Assembly: GCA_016930515.1 (NCBI GenBank)
Contig: JAFGGO010000158.1
Coordinates: 1 to 64,000 of the forward strand
DNA: 64,000 bases
DNA from: Promethearchaeota archaeon
GTDB taxonomy: Archaea > Asgardarchaeota > Lokiarchaeia > Sigyniarchaeales > SOKP01
Direction: 5' to 3'
The notes below the pieces were generated by a model that did no database searches, was not told where the DNA came from, and worked only from the letters and a program-made list of their open reading frames with translations. The position numbers and the translations under genes are program-made. Below are positions 28,548 to 36,900 of the stretch, piece after piece; position 1 is the stretch's first letter; every line of letters begins with the position of its first letter.

Positions 28548-30683
28548 ATGACAACTCCCATATCGGGTGCTTCAGCACCCATAAACATTACCCAAAGAAT
28601 AGAAGATTTTTATCGTTTTTTTCAAGAGAAGCCAGGGATTCCAAAATATCTCGACGCTATAAACGATATATTTGCAAGAGGTGATAACACTCTCGTGGTT
28701 CTTTACGAGGATTTGCTCTCGTACGACTCGGAGATTGCGGATATGTTGCGAGAGGACTCGGAGGAGGTTATTAACAACGCCATTGAAGCGTTCAAAAACA
28801 CGCTTAAATTCAATTCGAGCATTTTAGCTCACAAGGATTATTTTGTGCGTTTTTCCACTAAGGACGATAACAGTCCGCTTTCCGTGCCTATCAGGGGCTT
28901 GAGGGCAAGACACATTGACAAGTTAGTATGGTTCAAAGGAATCACGATTCGGAGTTCGACGGTGAGACCAAAATTAACCAAGGCTAAATTCGAATGCAGT
29001 ATGTGTGGTGCGAGCTTTGAGATCCCTCAACTCACTTCCCAACTATCTTGGCCGAGATCTTGCGTGAATGGTCGATGCAAGTCAAAGAGTCAAGCTGATT
29101 TTCGATTAATCTCAAAAAAATCGGAGTTTATCGATTGGCAGAGCATAATGATCCAAGAGGTTCCAGAAGAACTTCCTTCGGGACGGATTCCTCGATCAGT
29201 TCAGGCAGTATTGATGCACGAAGACTTGGTTGATGCCGTTAAACCAGGAGATCGGGTGAGGATAATGGGTGTTTACAAGTCAGTCATAGCACAGTCCATT
29301 AAAAGCATTAATTCCACCCTTTTTAAATCGTTTATAGAAGTAAATTACATAGATCCTGAGGATAAGGTCGATGAAGACATCGATATTACCAAAGAAGACA
29401 AGGAACAAATTGAAATGCTTTCAAAAGAGCCAATGATTCAAAAAAAAATTGCTCGATCCCTCGCACCGACCATATATGGTAGGGACGATCTTAAGATGGC
29501 GTGCGCTTTGGCCTTGTTTTCTGGGACGAGGAGAAAAAAACCTGGCGGCGGATACAAGCGAGGAGACATCCATGTGCTATTTATGGGAGATCCTGGGACA
29601 GGAAAGAGCGAGGTGCTAAAGTCTGCCGTTGAAAAGTCTCCTCGAGGCCTCTATACTTCCGGAAAGGGCTCTACGGCCGTTGGTTTAACAGCAGCAGTGC
29701 TAAGGGACAACGATACTGGTCAAATGAATCTTGAAGCGGGGGCCGTCGTCCTTGCCAACGGCGGCGTTGCGGCCATAGACGAGTTCGATAAGATGGATAC
29801 GGCCGACCGCTCCGCCTTACATGAGGCGATGGAACAACAAACCGTGAGTATAGCCAAGGCGGGCATCGTGGCTACACTAAAGTCGCAGACTGCCATTATA
29901 GCTGCCGCTAATCCACATTCTGGAAGGTATAACGAATACAAAAGCTTTGCTGAGAATGTACGCATGCCTCCATCCCTTTTAAGTAGATTTGATCTGATAT
30001 TTAAAGTCGTTGACAAGCCAGATCCCGCCAAGGACGCTCAAATGGCCGAATTTATATTGAGCAATGCCACGGCCTCTATCGAGGGCGATTCTGATGATTC
30101 TGAAACGAGGGCGGAACTTGAAGCCCCCATAGACGAGGAAACACTCAAAAAATACATAAAATACGCTCGAAGAACATGCCACCCTACCTTGTCGAGAGAA
30201 GCGAAGGACACTATTAAGGCGTTTTACTTGGATCTAAGGGGACAATACGACTCAGAAGACGCCGTTGTTTCGATACTTGCTAGAAACCTGGACGCACTGG
30301 TTCGTTTGAGCGAGTCATACGCTAAAATGGCATTAAGGGACGAGGCAAACAAGGATGATGTTCAAGCAATCATTCGACTGTTCAAGCGTTACCTCAAGGA
30401 TACTGGGTATGACAAGGAAACGGGTAAGTTCGACATTGATATGATAATCTCCGGCCAATCGAGAACGAAACTCAATAAACTGGAGAAATTACTAGACCTG
30501 CTTAAACAATTATTTGAAGAAAACGAATGGAAAGCCTTAGACAAGAACGGCGTAATTCAAAGGCTTGAAATTGAAGGTTTTGACAAGACTTTTATTAATA
30601 AATCCATCGAGGCTCTTGTAGAAGAAGGTACCCTTTACCAACCATCTCGAGATAAGCTCAAGATGACGGGTAAGGATGTTTAA
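28548..30683 (+). CDS. mcm: Replicative helicase MCM
   Basis: Zn finger CSMC..C..C; QEVPEELPSGRIPR; GDPGTGKS; IDEFDKM; HEAMEQQTVSIAKAG; LLSRFD; C-terminal wH; no intein seen. Confidence 0.97.
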   Translation: MTTPISGASAPINITQRIEDFYRFFQEKPGIPKYLDAINDIFARGDNTLVVLYEDLLSYDSEIADMLREDSEEVINNAIEAFKNTLKFNSSILAHKDYFVRFSTKDDNSPLSVPIRGLRARHIDKLVWFKGITIRSSTVRPKLTKAKFECSMCGASFEIPQLTSQLSWPRSCVNGRCKSKSQADFRLISKKSEFIDWQSIMIQEVPEELPSGRIPRSVQAVLMHEDLVDAVKPGDRVRIMGVYKSVIAQSIKSINSTLFKSFIEVNYIDPEDKVDEDIDITKEDKEQIEMLSKEPMIQKKIARSLAPTIYGRDDLKMACALALFSGTRRKKPGGGYKRGDIHVLFMGDPGTGKSEVLKSAVEKSPRGLYTSGKGSTAVGLTAAVLRDNDTGQMNLEAGAVVLANGGVAAIDEFDKMDTADRSALHEAMEQQTVSIAKAGIVATLKSQTAIIAAANPHSGRYNEYKSFAENVRMPPSLLSRFDLIFKVVDKPDPAKDAQMAEFILSNATASIEGDSDDSETRAELEAPIDEETLKKYIKYARRTCHPTLSREAKDTIKAFYLDLRGQYDSEDAVVSILARNLDALVRLSESYAKMALRDEANKDDVQAIIRLFKRYLKDTGYDKETGKFDIDMIISGQSRTKLNKLEKLLDLLKQLFEENEWKALDKNGVIQRLEIEGFDKTFINKSIEALVEEGTLYQPSRDKLKMTGKDV

Positions 30684-31237
30684 GATTGGGACGGTTGAGA
30701 TTCTGGGTTAAATTTAATTCGTCTTTCGTAAACTATTTCAGAAATCGTCTTGAAGGCTTGTTCTACATTATCACCCGTTTTTGCTGAAGTATATATAACA
30801 GAAATTGCTTCGAGTTTTTTTCCAACAGCTTCAACTTTTTCTTTGGGAGTTTCGACTTTCAAGTCGTTCTTGTTCGCAATTAGAATGACTGGCACATCGG
30901 GACAAAATTTAAGCAAGTCTTCTCGCCAAAACAATTCAATTTGGTCAAATGATTTTTCGCGGGTTAGGTCTCCTAAAACGAGCGCTCCTTGAGCGCCCCT
31001 ATAATATATATGACGCATTTTGATCCATTTTTCTTGTCCTGCAATGTCCCACAATTGGATCTTCGCTTCTTCCCCCGAATCTAACCTTACTTTCTTGATG
31101 TACATGTTCGTACCAATGCTCGCACGATAGTCTTGCGAAAAATGACCTGAAATGTACTTTTTTACCAGGCTGGTTTTGCCCGTTGCGGGTTCCCCGATGA
31201 CAATGATCTTTAATACAAAATTAACCGAATCACTCAT
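30680..31237 (-). CDS. Rab-like small GTPase (Ras superfamily)
   Basis: G1 GEPATGKTS, G3 WDIAGQE, G4 NKND, G5 SAK; RabF-like KIQLW and YYRGA; no C-terminal Cys. Confidence 0.92.
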   Translation of the reverse strand: MSDSVNFVLKIIVIGEPATGKTSLVKKYISGHFSQDYRASIGTNMYIKKVRLDSGEEAKIQLWDIAGQEKWIKMRHIYYRGAQGALVLGDLTREKSFDQIELFWREDLLKFCPDVPVILIANKNDLKVETPKEKVEAVGKKLEAISVIYTSAKTGDNVEQAFKTISEIVYERRIKFNPESQPSQS

Positions 31238-31537
31238 TATTAATGCATTATATCCTTTATGAAATTTAAATCAATATCAAAACGACAACTTTAAAAAAAT
31301 AAAAAACAAACATTTGTAAATATCTGTTTTGTTTGATCTTATTGTCTTTCTATAAAAATTCGATTTTAGAATCCAAAAAATCCAATCATAACTTCGAAAT
31401 TGAAAGAAAGCAAATTGAAGGATTGTTCTGTTTTGAATTTTTTTCCATTGATAATGTTTATAAACAAATGCTACAAAAAATGATATATTACTAAATTTCT
31501 AAATCTTAATAATTACAAGTAGAGAACGATTTTTAAA

Positions 31538-32632
31538 ATGACCGTTGGATTCGTTTATCATCCTATATATCTCGAGCATAGGATTGGAACTCATGTGGAA
31601 AGCCACGAAAGACTTATCATTTTGATGGATTACCTCAAGGAAAAAAAACTCTTCGATTCTCCTGATTACAAGCTCATCACCCCTCAAGCAGCGTCTTTAG
31701 ACCAAATTAGATATGTACATGACGAAAACCTTATCGAACAGGTCCAATCCTTGAGTAAATTAGCCGAATCAACGGGAAGAACCCAAGTCATAGATTACGG
31801 AGACACGCTTATTTCGCCTAAAACATACGAAGCTTCTTTATATTCGGTTGGAGGAAACCTTACGGGCATCGATGAAATCTTGAGTGGCAATATTTCAAGT
31901 GCTTTTGCTGCAGTGAGACCTCCGGGGCACCATTCAAACGCCCATAAGTGTTCAGGGTTTTGTATTTTCAACAATGTAGCAATAGCGATAGAATACTTGT
32001 TTCGGGAAAAAAATATGAAACGGGTCGCCCTGATCGATTGGGATTGCCATCACGGTAATGGCACTTCAGACATATTTTACGGGGGAAGTCCATCTGAAAA
32101 AGGGGAATTCGTCATGTTCAATTCTCATCAAGACGGTCGGACGCTCTACCCAGGAAGTGGGTTCCATAATGAGATCGGTTCGGGAAAAGGTGCAGGAAAA
32201 ATAATCAATTATCCGATGCCTCCTCAAGCGGCCGACGATGTCATCATGTTGTATTTTGAGGAAATTATTTCCCCAATTCTAGAAGAATTTAAACCCGAAT
32301 TTTTGCTTATATCTGCCGGTTTTGACACTCATTGGACGGACAGGCTCACGAATATGGGTTGGACATATCAAGCTCCGGCAAATTATTTAAAACTTATTAA
32401 AACCGTTGCGGATAAGTATGCTAGCGGTAGGATCTTGATCACGCTTGAAGGAGGATACGAAGCCGGCAAGCAAGCAATAGCCATTTATAATTGTCTGAAG
32501 GTTCTCAATAGTGACGATAATCTCGTGTTAGAAACGGAGAGAAAATCAGAAGAGAATCTCTTGGATTACATGAGGAATAAAGTAATTGCGAAATTAAAGG
32601 AAAACCTCTCTTCCTATTGGGATTGTTTCTGA
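31538..32632 (+). CDS. Zn-dependent histone-deacetylase-family protein
   Basis: RPPGHH, GFCIFNN, DWDCHHGNGT, YPGSG, SAGFD, LEGGY. Confidence 0.93.
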   Translation: MTVGFVYHPIYLEHRIGTHVESHERLIILMDYLKEKKLFDSPDYKLITPQAASLDQIRYVHDENLIEQVQSLSKLAESTGRTQVIDYGDTLISPKTYEASLYSVGGNLTGIDEILSGNISSAFAAVRPPGHHSNAHKCSGFCIFNNVAIAIEYLFREKNMKRVALIDWDCHHGNGTSDIFYGGSPSEKGEFVMFNSHQDGRTLYPGSGFHNEIGSGKGAGKIINYPMPPQAADDVIMLYFEEIISPILEEFKPEFLLISAGFDTHWTDRLTNMGWTYQAPANYLKLIKTVADKYASGRILITLEGGYEAGKQAIAIYNCLKVLNSDDNLVLETERKSEENLLDYMRNKVIAKLKENLSSYWDCF

Positions 32633-32750
32633 ATTGGCTCTCGTCTCGCACGCAATTGCAACCGATAATTGAGTGTTACACCTCAAACGTTTTTTTTCTT
32701 CTAAAGTGTTTGAAATGTCACTAATATTTTCTATGAGTTCATATAATAGC

Positions 32751-32760
32751 TTTAAATACT
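32751..32760 (+). promoter_or_regulatory. Putative TATA box (TTTAAATACT)
   Basis: Upstream of the 32838 gene; the same 10-mer occurs at 56029-56038 upstream of the 56070 gene. Confidence 0.3.
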
Positions 32761-32837
32761 AAAGGGTTATAATTAAATTATCTGTATCATTATTTTAATT
32801 TCAAGGAAACACCAATTAAAAATAGGAAAGGTGAAAC

Positions 32838-33692
32838 ATGTCAAACTATAACTATAACGATGATGAAGAAGACGAATATGGTATGGGCAAACCGCCCGTA
32901 GAACCTCCTTTAACACCTCCCCCACGAGCACCTGGAACTGCTCCGCCTCCGCCATCCGTTCCTCCAGCGCCCACTTTTTCAGCCTCTCCCCCTCCTTCGC
33001 AATCTTACTCGGCAGCCCCCGCAGCCCCCTCCACGCAGCAATATCAAAACACGGTTAACCAGCTCCAAACCCAAGTCGGTCAATTACAAGCACAAGTGAG
33101 TTCCAAGGACGCTCAGATCAACCAATTAAATTCTCAACTCAATTCCGTACAATCTTCCATTCAAGGTTATCAGAATCAGATTGCCCAGTTGAACAACGAA
33201 CGAGGTCAACTTCAAGCCCAGATTCCCGGGCTCCAAAGTCAAATATCGCAATTACAACAACAAAATTCAATGTTATCGGGACAAATAGGGCCGCTTCAGG
33301 CACAAATCGCTAAATTAACTGATGAACTCAGGTATAAAGACAAGAGAATCGCTGAATTGAAAGAACCGGTTCCTGTTATGACCAGTTCATTATCTCAAAG
33401 TTCAGGCTCTCAAGGATTAAGTGGTACTTCGTTTCCGGGATCTTATGGTAGCTCGTCGTATGCAACACCTTCTCCCGCCTCACCCTCCCCTGAAATATCC
33501 GCCTCACCCGCACCCGCAGCTACTCCAGACTCTTCTTCCGGAGGAATGGGTGCTAGAAGAGTATGCGTGAACTGTGGGGCAACGGGTAATGCCATCCGGG
33601 AAGTTGAAGACAGGTCGAGAATAATAAGTTACATTCCCAAAACGATTTATGCGAAGCAATTTCAGTGTTCTAAATGCGGATACACATTTTAA
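32838..33692 (+). CDS. Proline-rich / Gln-rich coiled-coil protein with C-terminal zinc ribbon
   Basis: Acidic N-terminus, PPP tracts, ~110 aa Q-rich heptads, S/P linker, CVNC...CSKC; GGTGA SD. Confidence 0.8.
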   Translation: MSNYNYNDDEEDEYGMGKPPVEPPLTPPPRAPGTAPPPPSVPPAPTFSASPPPSQSYSAAPAAPSTQQYQNTVNQLQTQVGQLQAQVSSKDAQINQLNSQLNSVQSSIQGYQNQIAQLNNERGQLQAQIPGLQSQISQLQQQNSMLSGQIGPLQAQIAKLTDELRYKDKRIAELKEPVPVMTSSLSQSSGSQGLSGTSFPGSYGSSSYATPSPASPSPEISASPAPAATPDSSSGGMGARRVCVNCGATGNAIREVEDRSRIISYIPKTIYAKQFQCSKCGYTF

Positions 33693-33988
33693 AATTAGTG
33701 AATTTTACATTCGTCATCAGAATTTTCTAAATCAAAAATGTGTAAAGCAATTGATTGCTGTTTGATTTTAATTTCTATTTCTTTTTTTATTTTTTTCTCG
33801 TGATTGCTTCTAATTATGGCTTGTGAGCGCTTTAATACACGACGATATAAATTTTTTTAGTTATAAGAGGTTCAATTAAGTCCAATATTAGCTTCTAAAC
33901 GAATCTAAATATATATAAATGATAATTTTGATTACTATTCTAAAACTTGCTAAATAATAATCGTATATAATAATCGCACTGTCTTGCC

Positions 33989-36900
33989 ATGTCTGAAATT
34001 AGAGAAAAAATTTTAGGTCCCAGCAATGTACGATCTCAAATCCTGAAAGTTGTCTTCCTCTCCGTGATTTTAGTTGTAGCCTTTGCGTTTTCCGTGGCAT
34101 TATTAAATATTGCGTTCGGATCATTACGAAATATCCCCAGCGAAAAGCAAAGCAACGCAGATTATGAATATTTAGAGGAAGTGGACATCCCTTTTCCTTT
34201 TGATCCCTTAGCGCTTCTTCAATTATTCCAAGACCTTGGTCTCGAAATAACTCCAGAAATGATTGAGGACCTCTTAGACATGTTTGACGGTGATTTTGAC
34301 GACATTCCGCTTGAAGACTTGGCGGCATTAATGGCTGCGTTAATGTTCTCTAATGTAGAAGTGTTTAGCGTCTACGATCACGAACTCACACCTATAGACG
34401 ATATGGAAGATTACCTGTGGAAGTATGAGTGCTACGATCAGTACCGAGACGGAGTATGGAGTGCTATGGATTCCGATCTCGACACGGTCGACTTTTTCAC
34501 GGATTATACCGAACCTCAACTTGGTTATACAGAAATTTATAAGATTAAGTTCTCAAATCTTAGCGTAAGCGCGGGAACCAATCAATTTACCGCTCCTACC
34601 TTATTTTCTAGCCCGCTTATAATGCAAGGAAGCGTTGAAGCACAACAATTAGACACAGATTCTGTATTAGTACGAGCACAAACAGATGGTTTAAACGGCG
34701 CGGCCTTGAGGGCGTCTTTTGATAGTGATGTGAATACTGATCTGTCTTATCTCTTGAGGGGTGTGAGTTTACCCACGGAAGAGGATTTGAATGGTAGTTG
34801 CGTCTATGTAAGCAATCCATCGAGTGGATACACCCAATTAATCGATACTTACCAGCAAGTTAACGGTGAAGATCTTTTTACATACATTGATCGTTCTTGG
34901 ATGACCGATTTTAAGGTCGTTTACGATGATCTTGCCGCTAACATAATTCAGCCGGAAGATAACGCTTTCATTATTGCCAATAAGATCCGTAATTATCTTC
35001 AATCTAATTACACCCTGAATTATAGTCCCATGCCTGAGACAGAAACCGATCGACTCAACTGGTTTTGCGCTTCTGGAGAAGGTTTATATTCTGATTTTGC
35101 CTCGGTTTTTTGCATCCTTGCAAGGGCATTTGATGTTCCTGCTCGCTTCGTTGACGGCTTTAACAACCGTGCTGTAGAACAAAAAATTGATCCTATCGAA
35201 GGTTCTGGTTTTTCCGTGTTATACAGGAATATCTACAGTTGGGCGGAAATCTTCGTGCCAACAGACGCTCAAGGAAACGGCGCTTGGCAACAATTCGATG
35301 TTTATTACGAAAATTACGAAGGAATCCCTCTCGTACCTCCATTCTTGGAAAGCAATTACACGCTCGATGTAATGTGTAATGGACATTCCATTTATGACCC
35401 ATTCTATGCCTTGGTTGATAGAACCGATTCGATTACCTTATCTGCAAATTTAACCTTAAATTCCGTTCCTGTTCCAGACGAGCTGATCACATTCAAGAAC
35501 TACGGTTCGAGTACCGCGCTTGGAACCGCAACGACAAACTCTTCGGGTATTGCCGAAATAACCGTTCCCGTTGGTAGTTCGCGCGTGGCCGGGCCTAACT
35601 TCGTCATCGGAGAATACTCGCCAAATGTTTTAGGGTTTGGATATTTTATCGTGAACGACACGCTTTCAATTACCTTTAATATAATAAATCCATCGAGTCC
35701 CACGGCAATCAACGTGTCAGATGTAAGCAATTCAACCATATCCGTTAGTGGTTATGTGGAAGATTCGAACTCGAATAGAGTTCGGTACACGAATATTGAA
35801 TTCGCCCTTTACGAAAATGGCACTACAAATCGGTTCTACGCGTTCAATCCAGACACTACCACGGCAGACAATAATGGTGCATTTAGTGCAGACTTGTTCG
35901 TGGACGGTAATTTCGTGGATAAAGGAGATTATCAAGTGTTTGCAAGCGCAATGGGTACTTGGAATTATACCTTTCCTCCAGATACCACGATATACACGAT
36001 TCCATCGCCATATTTTCCCTCGTCAGTGACCGGAATGAGCGCTCCTCAAGCTCTTTTTATTGATAAAGAAATTCCCCTAATCTTGAACTTTTATATAAAT
36101 GATATCCCATCCGATGACGCTTCTAGCCCCATTGTTTCTCGGGGATCAACACTTTCATTGAAAGCGCAAGTGCTTGACCCGATCGGAACGCCAGTTGATG
36201 GTGTTGTGGTTGAATATTACGAATATACCAATGGTACTTTAATAGGATCGGCAACAACCGGTCCAACGGGCAATACAACAACGATTGTAAATTACTTGGT
36301 TGGAAAATATAATGCCACGGTAGGACCGAACTTGCTATATGCAAGAGTTGGATATCAGTATAATTATTCTTATTATATCTTGGACGATAATGTTTCTTTC
36401 TCGTCCATATCATTAACAGGACCTTTTCCAAGTCTCGTGGTAAATAAGACTCAAGGAGATTATTTTATAGTATCAGGATATCTATATGACGAAAAAAGCA
36501 ATGCACCAGTTGAATATTCGAGAGTTACGCTAAGAATGTTTAAAGGAATTACGAATTACGAATTAACAACATCTGTAAATGCTGATGGTTCTTTCTCAAT
36601 AGCGTCTTACGCCACTGGAATGGAAGTTGGAAATTATTCTCTGCGTTTGGATTTTAACGGATCCTATGTGATAAATTCCCCCCATCCATATCCTTATAAT
36701 TTTAACCTTACTTTAATTTCTGGTTATCACATATTTTTGTCAGAATTACAAATAACGGAGTTTAGCCCTATTAGGCTAGATTTTTGGATAAACGACATTC
36801 CTGCTGACGATTATCAGAATCCGGTCATTACCAGATCTAAAAGCGTGAATCTTTCCGTCTATCTTTCGCAAGGGCTAGTTCCTATAAGCGGAAGAGTGTA

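Noticed and set aside
19552-30683. Inteins in Top6B or MCM as the explanation for extra length
   Set aside because: No C/S...HN-C/S/T junctions or LAGLIDADG motifs; MCM is of normal length
32633-32705. Small GC-richer segment with an imperfect hairpin and T-run after the HDAC gene (ncRNA or terminator)
   Set aside because: Pairing is weak; cannot be supported beyond a generic T-rich terminator
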